Shown: piece by piece, positions 1-10,010 of the stretch | Layout of the letters: every line of letters starts with the position of its first letter | How positions within the stretch are numbered: the first letter of the stretch is position 1 | Assembly: GCA_040182905.1 (NCBI GenBank) | Contig: JARQWU010000051.1 | Location: 1-47,740, forward strand | Source of the DNA: Barthelona sp. PAP020 | Lineage: Eukaryota | DNA length: 47,740 bases | Direction of reading: 5' to 3' | Made by a program: the position numbers and the translations under genes | The notes under the pieces: generated by a model | What the model was told of the DNA's origin: nothing | What the model saw: only the letters and a program-made list of their open reading frames with translations | Database searches by the model: none

Positions 1-739
1 TTAGGTGTGGATGGGGCGATTATCTAAATAAAAGTTTAATAATCTTTTCCCTTCTTGCCAATAAATTTTGATTGTTCTTCTCTGGGTTTCCTTGATGAAC
101 GCTTGTAATTCCTTGTTAACCTTCTATACACACTTGTATCCATATTATCATGAATCATATAATTCTTTGCTGTCATTTCACTTTCAACTTTGACATCTAT
201 TAATATCAGAAATTGCAAGAAGAAACCTTAAACACATTTATATTGTTTTTTGCGTGAAATCCGTCCGCTTTGCTACGAACACTTCTTTGTTGATCTGCTT
301 TATTCCCTCATGTCCTTCCCTTATGAATATTACACAAATAAAATTGGATTTTTATAATAAATTAATGTGAGACCCAATGTCAGTAATCATTTAAACTTAC
401 CATGAAGTCAATTAAAATGATTTCAAAACACATTATTCAAAGAAAATTTATCAGAATTGAATCAGGTGATTAAGAAAATAAAAAAAAAAACTAAAAAAAA
501 CTCAAGAAGTTATTGTCAGGTGGGCAAAACTACTTTTCTTTTGATTTCTTTTATATTGAGAGTCAATCGCCCAACAGATGAGTATAGCTACATTCATACG
601 TTCACATTCATCCTTTCAAATGCTCCAAATCTTTTGAAAAAGAACTGCTGAAATAAAAAAAACATCTATTTATAAAAAACCAAAAATACATGGAATAACA
701 AATGAAAACACATCTGTATATAATTGAAAAATAATAAAG

Positions 740-820
740 TATTAATTATATGAATTGAAAACCTCATTTAATTCTCACTGTTTTCAAGCTAACAAATCAA
801 AATCACAGGCATAATTAATA
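740..820 (-). promoter_or_regulatory. Candidate eukaryotic SECIS element (GUGA-type core) in the 3' UTR of ORF 854-1000
   Basis: Minus-strand RNA: UAUUAAUUAUG-CCU-GUGAU-UUUGAUUUGU-UAGCUUGAAAACAGU-GAGAAUUAAA-UGAG-GUUUUCAAUUCA-UAUAAUUAAUA. It has an 11-bp helix I, a UGAN/NGAN quartet (GTGA at 803-806, TGAG at 763-766), an 8-bp continuous helix II and a small apical stem. The canonical apical AAR is replaced by UAG, so it is atypical. Confidence 0.5.
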
Positions 821-853
821 TCTTCCACTTCAAATCAATAATTTAACAAATAA

Positions 854-1000
854 TTAATTGTTAACAACACGATTAGAAGAGGAACCTAATTTTGAACCCT
901 TACCCCAACCAGAAGCAGTGGTTGTTTTGGTATTGGTATTCGTATTTCTATTCTTTGGAGCTACAATCGGAGTCCAAGGTTGTTGCGGACGTCAACCCAT
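854..1000 (-). CDS. Candidate 48-aa selenoprotein, MG(U)RPQQPWTPIVAPKNRNTNTNTKTTTASGWGKGSKLGSSSNRVVNN, with SHP-like p97-binding box
   Basis: AAAA-ATG-GGT-TGA-CGT-CCG... The frame stays open for 45 codons after the TGA (992-994) until TAA (854-856). The stretch is GC-richer than its flanks. WGKGSKLG resembles the Derlin-type SHP box WGxGxxLG. A SECIS-like hairpin begins about 34 nt downstream. Confidence 0.55.
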
Positions 1001-1171
1001 TTTTCTGTTATTAAAAAAAAATAATACTTTTTTGGAGATGTAAAAAAACAAAAAAAAAGCAGATAAACGAAAGATTTATTAAAAATTAATGCAGAAATGA
1101 AATCGAAGATTTAGAATTTTAAAAAATAAAAATAAAAGCAATTGCAAATTCAATCAATTTCATATGCAGAC

Positions 1172-1739
1172 TTAATTCCTTAAAATTTGATCCAAAGCCT
1201 TTTGCAATGTTCTAAATTTCTTTTTATTCCCATTTGATGTTTGTTGTTCTAAATTTGGAATATGTTGAACAGTTTGATAGTTACTTTCCTTTGTAATGAT
1301 AAAATCATCGCCAACAATATCATCTTCTTCCCATTTAAGTTCTTTATAATATTGATGTGCTATATTATTGAAAAGTTCTTGAATTTTTGGATCAACATTT
1401 TCATTAATGGCCAATTCTTCCTTTTTTCTTTGGATAAGTCTTCTGTTTATTTCGTCTTCAGTAACATCTATCAAAGTGTCCTGGAAACTTTTATCAATTC
1501 CTTCGATTTTATATTTAAATTCATCAAAGAATTCTGATGATACGATAGTGTACGTCATTTTACCCTTTTCAGGTCCTTTACCTACAAAATATTAGCCAAC
1601 ATAATAAATAAAAACAATAAATACACAATACAATATTTCCACTATATCCAAAGTCATCAGCATAAACATGATACAATCCGTTTTCTCTATCATTATTGAC
1701 AACAATTACTTGCCCAAATGCCAATGGTCTACTATTCAT
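1172..1739 (-). CDS. LSM12: LSM12-like protein (Lsm N-terminus plus AD domain), 174 aa, two exons (1625-1739, 1172-1581)
   Basis: C-terminal V.P.IQELFNNI....KELKWEEDDIV...IIT..Y pattern resembles the LSM12 AD domain. Removing a 43-nt GTATTT...CTAAT...TAG intron (1582-1624) extends the frame to an ATG at 1739 (MNSRPLAFGQVIVV...). Confidence 0.6.
1582..1624 (-). other. 43-nt spliceosomal intron (phase 1)
   Basis: GTATTT donor, GGCTAAT branch-like site, TTTTGTAG acceptor. Splicing joins two open frames into 525 nt (175 codons including stop). Confidence 0.8.
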
Positions 1740-1783
1740 CAGAAAAAAAAAATCACAAATGGTAATTGTTTATATTTTTAAAA

Positions 1784-4381
1784 ATGTCCACTTTTGATAC
1801 GTTAAAACGAGGATTGAATGATGCGAGTCGAGGAAAACGAAGAAGAGCATTGATAGGATTAGAAAAATCTGTTAATAACAATGAATTATTTAATTTGGAT
1901 GATTTTGAGGAATCTACAACCAATGATAATTTGTTATTGAGGCTATTTTATGATTCTTCAGACACAATAAGAGAAAAAAGTATGACTATTGTTTATAAAA
2001 TTTTGGAAATGAATTATAATGATACTTTACCTGAACACATTAACAAAATAATACGAATTATTCACAGCAAACTCAATATCTCAATTGAACAGATCAATGA
2101 AAATCTGGAACATGAGGAGATTCGTGTAATATTATTGAGACTTTTGCAGTTAATCATTAATAAGAGCAATCATATTATGAGTCTCAACAGTAATTTAATT
2201 TTCGAAGTTATTAAGACAACATTGTTGATTGATAAAAATGATGAATGTGTAAAAATGTGTTGTGATATTATTTTGTTTGTGCATGATGGAAAATTGTTTG
2301 AAGATGGCCGAGCCAGTAAGCTAGCAAAGGTTATTGTTGATAAAGTCATTTGCAGGAAGCCAAAAAAGTCTCTGCTTATTGAGAAAGGAGTACGTTCTTT
2401 AACTAGTTGTTTATTATGTGGTGGTCATGATGCTTTGGAGGAAATCGGAGAACGTTTATTAAATTTACAACTAGGGCAAGGGTTTACCGGACCCAAACCT
2501 GCTGTGTCGAAGGCTTTAATTGATTGTGCCACTAAATGTATTGGTGTAAATGATCAGAGAATGGAGTTGGTTAATATCAGTAAGTATTCTCATGTTTTCT
2601 GGCCATTGATTCTTTTGCAGTTAGACCAAAATGATTCTAGTGTTGTAGATTATGCCTTTGATAATTTACAAGCAATTGGAGCCATATATCAAGAATGGAA
2701 TAGGGATAATAGAGACGTTGCCAATGTTGTGTCTTATGGTTCAACACATCTGTTGTTGGATGTGGAAGGAACACCTGAACAGATATTGGAACGTTTGGAA
2801 TCTCGTTATATTGCTTTCAAAGACATTGATCATCCCTTTACCTTCAGACAAAGTTATTTGGATAGGTTGCATCTGTGCATTCGTTTGGCCTTAAGAGAAA
2901 GAAGCCAGAGTCTTGTGAACTATGCATTGGAAAATTTGTGTCATTTCCAAATTGATAAGAGACGACTTGGTGCTCGACTCATTTGCATATTGTCTCTCTT
3001 ATTAGGACATGAAATTTCTCCAAAAGTACCAGCCTTTATTCTTGCGTTGGCTGATATGCTTGATGAAAATGATTCACATGTTCAAAAGGAAATTAGAACT
3101 GTTCTTAACTGCTTGGGAAGTGTTATTCCATTGGACAGTGTTATTTCAACATTATTTCCAAAGAAATCTCTTGATTTCCATGTTGTTGTTCGTCATTCAC
3201 GGTGCATTTTATATTTAATTCAACACACAAGTTTAAAATCGGTTCAAGATGTTAAAGATCAGTTGTTGTTGACGATGCAAAAAAATGTATTTGAAGTGGC
3301 TGATTCAATGTTGTATGAAGTTGTTCACAACATTTTAGAAGTCATAGAGAGGCACTGTGGTTCTGTTGTGACATCTGAATGTTTACAATTGTTATGTGCC
3401 GGTATATTTCCAAAAACTTTGGCAAATATTCCCCAAATATTCAAGATTTTAGTGAAGAATTTGGTGAAGGATGATGTAAGATTGTCTGCTGTAAAACAAT
3501 TAATTGACGGATTACCTGAGGAATGCTATACCTTTGAATCTGTTTTTCTGGATTTCTTGGTGGGCAAATTCCATGGAAAGGCTAAGGAAGTTGAAATCGC
3601 GAACTTTTTACCATACTTTCTTTCTATATCTAAAATTGGTTTGAGTGGTTCTGTAAATTCGAATTGTATTGATTTGAGGGGGCAATTCCTTGAAACATTG
3701 ATTCCTAATGTGATCTGGCAGTCCAATTCAGAATCTTTTTGGGCGAGAACGTGTATTTTGGAATTTTTTGTCAGTTGTTTTGAAACTGATTATTTCCCAG
3801 ATGTTTTAATTAAGCCTCACATCCAAGAGTTGGTTGAAGCTTTTTGTGTTGCATTGGAACGAGAACCTGCCAACTATATTCAACGAAAGGAAGAAATTGA
3901 AATTAGAGTGAAAGAAATTGTCAGACTTCAACCAATGCTTCTTTCGATTATGCATAAATTTATTCAGCTGTTGAATCAAGACAAAAATCATTTGTCCAAC
4001 ATGCTTCAATACGTGCTATTATCTTTAGATGATCCGCAATTCGAAACGAAAAAGGCGGCTGCAAAATGTTTACAAAAAATTTCAACCTTTTTGGTTCAAA
4101 ATTTGCCTGCTTCTGAATTTGAAAAGAATTTGAATAAAAGTGATGATGCTACTCAAAGATACAACAAGATTCATCGGCCTATTAAACCACCAGGTATTAG
4201 TAATAAAAGTGAAGTGGCTTTTTGGTTAGGTACGCATTTGGAAGATTCATTTGATGAATTATATGTTGTTTTGCAAGATATTAAGGATTGCACGGGAGTA
4301 ATTGAAGGAATAAATGCAATTTTAGAAAAATATCCAGAATTTATTCACAAGGATGCTTTGTTGGAGTTGATAAAAAATTAA
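1784..4381 (+). CDS. DNAAF5: HEAT/ARM-repeat protein, probably dynein axonemal assembly factor 5 (HEATR2)
   Basis: 865-aa helical repeat protein. N-terminal LKRGLNDASRGKRRRALIGL, D.SDTIREKS, EEIRVILLRLL and late LDDP motifs, plus overall size, resemble DNAAF5. First ATG is at 1784 (the ORF track starts at an upstream TTG). Confidence 0.6.
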   Translation: MSTFDTLKRGLNDASRGKRRRALIGLEKSVNNNELFNLDDFEESTTNDNLLLRLFYDSSDTIREKSMTIVYKILEMNYNDTLPEHINKIIRIIHSKLNISIEQINENLEHEEIRVILLRLLQLIINKSNHIMSLNSNLIFEVIKTTLLIDKNDECVKMCCDIILFVHDGKLFEDGRASKLAKVIVDKVICRKPKKSLLIEKGVRSLTSCLLCGGHDALEEIGERLLNLQLGQGFTGPKPAVSKALIDCATKCIGVNDQRMELVNISKYSHVFWPLILLQLDQNDSSVVDYAFDNLQAIGAIYQEWNRDNRDVANVVSYGSTHLLLDVEGTPEQILERLESRYIAFKDIDHPFTFRQSYLDRLHLCIRLALRERSQSLVNYALENLCHFQIDKRRLGARLICILSLLLGHEISPKVPAFILALADMLDENDSHVQKEIRTVLNCLGSVIPLDSVISTLFPKKSLDFHVVVRHSRCILYLIQHTSLKSVQDVKDQLLLTMQKNVFEVADSMLYEVVHNILEVIERHCGSVVTSECLQLLCAGIFPKTLANIPQIFKILVKNLVKDDVRLSAVKQLIDGLPEECYTFESVFLDFLVGKFHGKAKEVEIANFLPYFLSISKIGLSGSVNSNCIDLRGQFLETLIPNVIWQSNSESFWARTCILEFFVSCFETDYFPDVLIKPHIQELVEAFCVALEREPANYIQRKEEIEIRVKEIVRLQPMLLSIMHKFIQLLNQDKNHLSNMLQYVLLSLDDPQFETKKAAAKCLQKISTFLVQNLPASEFEKNLNKSDDATQRYNKIHRPIKPPGISNKSEVAFWLGTHLEDSFDELYVVLQDIKDCTGVIEGINAILEKYPEFIHKDALLELIKN

Positions 4382-4419
4382 AAAAAATATTTGTTTTTTT
4401 TTTTTCTTTATTTGAGCTT

Positions 4420-5485
4420 ATGCCACCAGTATTTATATTTTTTTATACATATTCATTCTAATTTAATATAGAAAAAGAAAAAAGTTAAAAAGGTCAAGAA
4501 ACCAGCACCACCAAAATTTGTATTTGCAGATGGTTTGGAACCCAAACAAAAAATGAAACAAATGCGTGATTTATATCGAAATAATTGTACAGAACTTCAA
4601 ATTGATCCGTTAAAAGTTTTGATGGATCAATTTCGAGATATTATCAATAAAAATGATGAAGAACCTGCTGTTATTGAACAATTAACAATTAATGAAGAAA
4701 TATCTCCTCAACAATTGCAAGCTATTGTGAGTGTCTTTCTAAATTATCAATATCTTAAAAAGTTTTGTTTGTGGAAATCTAATATTTCAGATGAAGGTTG
4801 CGCCATATTGTCTCATTATTTGATTAGAAATAATTATATTGAAGAATTAGATTTAATGCAAAATAACATTGGTTCACGTGGATGTTCAGCACTTGCTGGA
4901 GTTTTGTATAATCAAAACACCTCATTAAAAACATTAATTTTGGATCATAATCAGATTGGGGATGAAGGCGCTATATTATTGGTTAATGGATTGAGAACAA
5001 ATCCTTCGTTAAAAACTTTATCTCTTCAATTTTGTGGTATAGGTATTACTGGTGGTGTTGTTATTGGTCGTGATTTATTGGGTGAGGACAGTCTTTGTCA
5101 TTTGGAAACTTTGTTATTGCAAGGTAATCCAACTTCTTCTCCAACATTTGAAGCGATTGGTTTATCGTTGAAAACAAACACTAACCTTAAAGAGATCAAT
5201 CTTAAAGACACTGCCATTGATGCTAATCTTGAGGCAGCTTCTATTTTTGCTGAAGGAGCAGCAAATTGTCCCACATTAACAACTATTAATTTACATTACA
5301 ATTTGTTGAATAAAGAAGCGGGAATTGCTTTTATTGATATGGTCAAAACAAACAGAAGCATTATTAGTTTATCTGTTCCTCATCATGTTGGTACTGAAGT
5401 GTTAACTGAACTTATTGCTGCTATTGAAGATAATCTTAAGTTGTTGAAACCAGTGAAAAAGAAAAAGAAAAAAAAAACAAAATAG
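4420..5485 (+). CDS. RNI-like leucine-rich repeat protein with lysine-rich termini, two exons (4420-4428, 4472-5485)
   Basis: Repeated LxxLxLxxNxIGxxG units. A 9-nt first exon (ATG CCA CCA) and a 43-nt intron give MPPKKKKVKKVKKPAPPKF... in frame with the tracked ORF. Poly-K C-terminus. Confidence 0.85.
4429..4471 (+). other. 43-nt spliceosomal intron (phase 0)
   Basis: GTATTT donor, TTCTAAT branch-like site, TATAG acceptor. Splicing supplies an ATG start for the LRR ORF. Confidence 0.85.
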
Positions 5486-5790
5486 TGATATATATTGATA
5501 TTAGAGGTGTAAACTTTGTTCTTTTTATTATTTGTTTTTGTTGTTGGTGTGTTTGGTGAATTTTTGACAAAAAATCATTGGTAAAAAATATTAGAAAAAA
5601 AAAATTTCGTTTGATAATCTCAATTTATTGGAATAATTTTTAATTTCCCATTAAGTTACCTTCTATCAGTGTATGACAGATCCTTAAGTGCATTTTTTTG
5701 ATAAAATTATAAATTTCTTGATTGTTCAATGCTCAAATTTATAGCCCCCCGTTTATAGTTTTTTTTTATTAATTATTTGGTTTCTTTTAA

Positions 5791-8700
5791 ATGTCTGGTT
5801 TGGATCCTCCATCAAAATTAACATGGAAGAATGCAAGTGGTTTTTCTAAAATATCCTTTGGGTGGTTATCTCCCTTATTGGATTTTGGAATGAAAAAACC
5901 ATTAGAAATTGAAGATTTATATGATTTAATTGACGATCAGCAACCGGAATATTTGAAAAATAGGTATGATGAATTGAGTTTAAAAAAGGATACAGAAATG
6001 AAACATTGGTCCAAAATGTTTAATATATTGAAAAGGCCTATCATTTATAGTGGTGTTTTTAAGTTATTTGTTGATATTTTTTCTTATATGGCACCATGGA
6101 TTTTGAATATTTTTTTAACTTTCATTGAAACAACTGATCGATCAAATTATATGTACGGAGTCTCATTAGCTGTTGGATTGTTATTGTGTTATGCTTTGAG
6201 TTCTTTATTTACTCAACATTGGTTTTGGTTATGTTCATTGATTGGGGCAGGAATGAGAAGTTTGACAATTTCTGCGGTTACATCGAAGATGCTCAGCCTC
6301 TCTCCCATTCAATTGGGAACTTTTTCATCTGGGAAACTTTTAAACTTAATCAATTCAGATACAGAAAGGTTGGGAGTATTTTGTATTCAAATGCATAGGT
6401 TATGGGCGATTCCCGTTCAAATGATAATGGCAATTTTTCTATTAAGTTCAATGCTTGATATGTGGAGTGCTTTTGCTGGAATTGGGGTTATGATTTTGTT
6501 GATTCCTGTTCAGATGTGGTTTTCCACAAAGATAAAGTTTTTGAGGCGTGAAGCAAATGATCAAAGTGATAGTCGTTTGAAATTTGTTGGTGAGTTAATT
6601 GGAAATATCTTCTCTGTCAAGTTGAATTCTTGGGAAGAAGAATATGTGGAAAAGATTGGAGACATTCGTTCAAAAGAAGTAAGTAAATTGCGAAAATTGG
6701 CCAATGTTAACGCGGTCAATCGTTTTATCTCTAACAGTACCTACTTTATTACAACAGCAGCTTGTCTTTCTGTGTTTGTTATCAGAGGAAATGAATTGAG
6801 TGTCGCTAAGATTTTCTCTTCCTTTTCAGTATTTGCATTATTGCGATTTCCACTGTCATTTTTTCCAACATTACTCAGCAATTATATCGATTTAAAAACT
6901 TCTTTGGCTAGAATAGATGGATTTTTAGATGCAAGTCTTGTTACTCAAAAAAATTTAGTTGAACCTGAAGAAGAAGATGCAATTGTTGTTCAGGGTTTAG
7001 CAGAAGGGTTTGGTTATTCTGAGAGTCAGAATATTGGTTTGAATCAAGGGCCAAATAGTTCTAGCAAGATTGATGAATTAATTATTGATCCTGCTAAAAC
7101 TGATTTTAATAAAGATAAAATAAATGAGTTAGATTCTGGTTTCAAGTTACAATTACCAAATAATTCTATTTCGATCAAAAAAGGAGAGAAAGTAGCAATT
7201 GTTGGTCAAATTGCTAGTGGTAAATCCACTCTTTTGTTATCATTATTAGGAGAAACCACTGGAATAATTGAATATGGTGTTAAAGGATCTATTGCTTATG
7301 TTCCTCAAATTCCTTGGATTACCAACTCAACGTTTCGAGAAAACATTCTCTTTGGGCTAAATCACGATGCTGATTGGTATTTTGATGTCTTAATCAGGTC
7401 AGAATTGATTACCGATTTAGAGTTGATTCATAAAACTCATGGTGTTACTGATTTGATTGAAATTGGTGAAAGAGGTATCAATTTGAGTGGCGGAATGAAG
7501 CAACGTGTGGCTTTGGCAAGAGCTTTATATTCAAAACCTGATATTTTGATTTTGGATGATGTTTTTTCTGCTTTGGACGCAGAAGTTGCCCACAAGATAT
7601 TCCACAATTTGTTTACAAGTGGAAACTATTCCGAAGAATCAATTGTTGTTGCTACACATCAAGTACATCTATTGAAAGATTTTGATCGTATTATTGTATT
7701 GGAAAATGGTCGATTGGTTGATGTAGGTAATTTTTCTGAATTGTTTACTCGTTGTTCTGTCTTTAATAACTTGTTGAAAATGGGTTCGAATGAGTTTGAA
7801 GAAGAACAAGAACAAGAACAACAACAAGAACAAAATGAACAAAATACAACAAATGAGTCAGATGAGACGATTACAATTGAATTTGAAGAGAATTTCGAGA
7901 ACAATTGTGAAGTTTTACTGACCAAAGAAAAAGAACCCATTGATGAAGAAAAGAATGGAAGAAAAAGGGTTGCTTCTTTGCTTGTAAAAACTGGAGAAAA
8001 AAAACTTGTCAACAAGGAAGAACGTCGTATTGGTGGTATTACAAGCAGCACTTTGATTTTCTATTTTAAGCAATTAGGTAGAGTATTAATGGTTATTCTA
8101 GTGATTGTTTTTGTTCTATGTGGTGTTGTTAGCGTTTATCAGTCATATTACTTGAGCGATTGGGTGAGCCAAAAACAAACAAATACAGATAGTATGCATT
8201 CTTTACGTGTCTATTTATTGCTTGGAATTTTGGTTTTGATCACCATTTTGGTTCGTGAATTAACACTAGCTAATATGATTATCAATGGAGCTAAACGAAT
8301 TCATGAGATATTGTTGAAACATATTGTTTATTTGCCTGCAAAATTCTTTGAAACACAACCAACAGGTCGATTATTGAACAGGTTTAGTGAGGATATGAAT
8401 CAAATGGATACAAATATTTTGTGGCAAATTTCATCATTATTCCACACTTTAACGAATGTGATATCGATGATTTTTGTTATTGTATACGTTTTACCTTGGT
8501 TTGTTATAGTCTTAATAATTTTAGCCATTGTATACATTGTTGTTAGTAAACGATTTAGATATTCTGCCAAGGAAATGAAACGAATTGAATTGATATCACG
8601 TAGTCCTCTATTACAACATTTTACTGAATCCAGACAAGGTTTAGTAACAATCAAAGCGTTTAATCGTGTTGATTTTATATTATCTAGGTTATATGGATTG

Positions 8701-9867
8701 ATTGAGAATCGTAATCAAGCAAATGTTACCATTTTTGCTTCTTATCGTTGGGTTGGTTTACGTTTAGAGTTTTTATCAGCTTTATTGGTCTTTTTTATCT
8801 GTGTTAGTACTGTGTTTATTTATATTCCTTCCAGTTTAGTTGGTTTAGTCATTAGTTATTCTTTAACTGCAAATCAAACATTAGCTTGGTTGGTAAGAAT
8901 GTATAGCGATTGTGAAATGACATTAAGTAGTGTGGAAAGGATAGAAGAGTATATCAATGAACCTGCTGAAAAGAATCCTGGAAAAGATAATAAACCCAAT
9001 AATTTTGCCAGATTAGGTCGTGTTGAATTTGAACAATATTCAGCAGGTTATGATGCAAATGCTGAACCAATCATTAAGGATTTGAGTTTCAAAATCAATC
9101 CAGGTGAAAAGATCGGTATTGTTGGCAGAACGGGTAGTGGTAAATCTACCATTATTAATGCTCTTTTTAAAATGTTACATCGTTTTAATGGTCAAATTAT
9201 GATTGACAACTATGACGTTGATACTGTTGATATCTATCACATGAGAAAATCTTTGACCATTTTACCTCAATCTCCATTTTTATTTGATGGTACATTGCAA
9301 CAGAATCTGGACCCCTTCAATGAATATGATGAACAAAAACTTGTTGAAGTTTTAAAACAAGTTAATTTTTGGAATTATGTTCAAGAGCTTCCTGGACAAT
9401 TGCAATTTAAAGTTTCAGAAGCTGGAGGTAATTTATCTGTTGGACAAAAACAGTTGTTATGTTTAGCCAGAGCCCTTTTAAAAGATTCAAAAATTTTGAT
9501 TTTGGATGAAGCAACGGCTAGTTGTGATCTTGATACTGATCAATTAATTCAAAAGACCATTCGAACACATGAATCATTCAGGGATATTACCATTTTAACT
9601 ATTGCACACAGATTAGCTACAATCATTGATTATGATAAGATTTTGTGCTTGCAAAACGGTTACATTGTTGATTTTGATTCACCCAAAGAACTTTTGAATT
9701 ATGACTCTTTGTTTAAATCTTTGGTACATCAACATGAAAGTAGTGAGATTCGTAGATTATACCATCAATTGGATATGCAAGTTCCTAGTTCCATTTCTGT
9801 TTCTCCAAGTCCCAGTTTAACTCCAATGTTGAGTCCCGGTATTACTGTTGATTTGTCGAGTTCATAA
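5791..9867 (+). CDS. ABCC/MRP-family full ABC transporter (TMD-NBD-TMD-NBD)
   Basis: Walker A GQIASGKS and GRTGSGKS, signatures LSGGMKQR and LSVGQKQ, Walker B ILILDD and ILILDEATA, ABCC motifs FFETQPTGRLLNRFSED and SVERIEEY, N-terminal lasso-like FGWLSPLL. Confidence 0.95.
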   Translation: MSGLDPPSKLTWKNASGFSKISFGWLSPLLDFGMKKPLEIEDLYDLIDDQQPEYLKNRYDELSLKKDTEMKHWSKMFNILKRPIIYSGVFKLFVDIFSYMAPWILNIFLTFIETTDRSNYMYGVSLAVGLLLCYALSSLFTQHWFWLCSLIGAGMRSLTISAVTSKMLSLSPIQLGTFSSGKLLNLINSDTERLGVFCIQMHRLWAIPVQMIMAIFLLSSMLDMWSAFAGIGVMILLIPVQMWFSTKIKFLRREANDQSDSRLKFVGELIGNIFSVKLNSWEEEYVEKIGDIRSKEVSKLRKLANVNAVNRFISNSTYFITTAACLSVFVIRGNELSVAKIFSSFSVFALLRFPLSFFPTLLSNYIDLKTSLARIDGFLDASLVTQKNLVEPEEEDAIVVQGLAEGFGYSESQNIGLNQGPNSSSKIDELIIDPAKTDFNKDKINELDSGFKLQLPNNSISIKKGEKVAIVGQIASGKSTLLLSLLGETTGIIEYGVKGSIAYVPQIPWITNSTFRENILFGLNHDADWYFDVLIRSELITDLELIHKTHGVTDLIEIGERGINLSGGMKQRVALARALYSKPDILILDDVFSALDAEVAHKIFHNLFTSGNYSEESIVVATHQVHLLKDFDRIIVLENGRLVDVGNFSELFTRCSVFNNLLKMGSNEFEEEQEQEQQQEQNEQNTTNESDETITIEFEENFENNCEVLLTKEKEPIDEEKNGRKRVASLLVKTGEKKLVNKEERRIGGITSSTLIFYFKQLGRVLMVILVIVFVLCGVVSVYQSYYLSDWVSQKQTNTDSMHSLRVYLLLGILVLITILVRELTLANMIINGAKRIHEILLKHIVYLPAKFFETQPTGRLLNRFSEDMNQMDTNILWQISSLFHTLTNVISMIFVIVYVLPWFVIVLIILAIVYIVVSKRFRYSAKEMKRIELISRSPLLQHFTESRQGLVTIKAFNRVDFILSRLYGLIENRNQANVTIFASYRWVGLRLEFLSALLVFFICVSTVFIYIPSSLVGLVISYSLTANQTLAWLVRMYSDCEMTLSSVERIEEYINEPAEKNPGKDNKPNNFARLGRVEFEQYSAGYDANAEPIIKDLSFKINPGEKIGIVGRTGSGKSTIINALFKMLHRFNGQIMIDNYDVDTVDIYHMRKSLTILPQSPFLFDGTLQQNLDPFNEYDEQKLVEVLKQVNFWNYVQELPGQLQFKVSEAGGNLSVGQKQLLCLARALLKDSKILILDEATASCDLDTDQLIQKTIRTHESFRDITILTIAHRLATIIDYDKILCLQNGYIVDFDSPKELLNYDSLFKSLVHQHESSEIRRLYHQLDMQVPSSISVSPSPSLTPMLSPGITVDLSSS

Positions 9868-10010
9868 GTTTGCAATTCTAGATTGGGGCTTATTTTTTTG
9901 ATTTTAAGAAATTTGTAGAAAAATTTGCAAAATAGACATTCATTTATTGAATGGGTTTGTTTTTGTTCTCAAGTGATAATAGTCATTGTAAGGGTTCATT
10001 GAAGGAAACT

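Noticed and set aside
36..330. Minus-strand 60-aa ORF with a possible upstream exon
   Set aside because: TTG start, no recognisable motif, and candidate splices do not lead to a clean ATG-initiated frame.
1005..1027. Possible 23-nt GT...AG intron upstream of the selenoprotein candidate's ATG (minus strand)
   Set aside because: Shorter than the three supported introns, and no upstream ATG-bearing exon was found. At most a 5' UTR intron.
858..1043. Plus-strand 61-aa ORF with a hydrophobic stretch
   Set aside because: TTG start, runs into poly-A, and is the antisense shadow of the better-supported minus-strand ORF 854-1000.
7659..8051. Antisense and alternate-frame ORFs inside long genes (also 28354-28617, 30982-31311, 36466-36831 and others)
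   Set aside because: They overlap well-supported genes and have the F/S-rich composition expected from the reverse complement of K/E-rich coding sequence.
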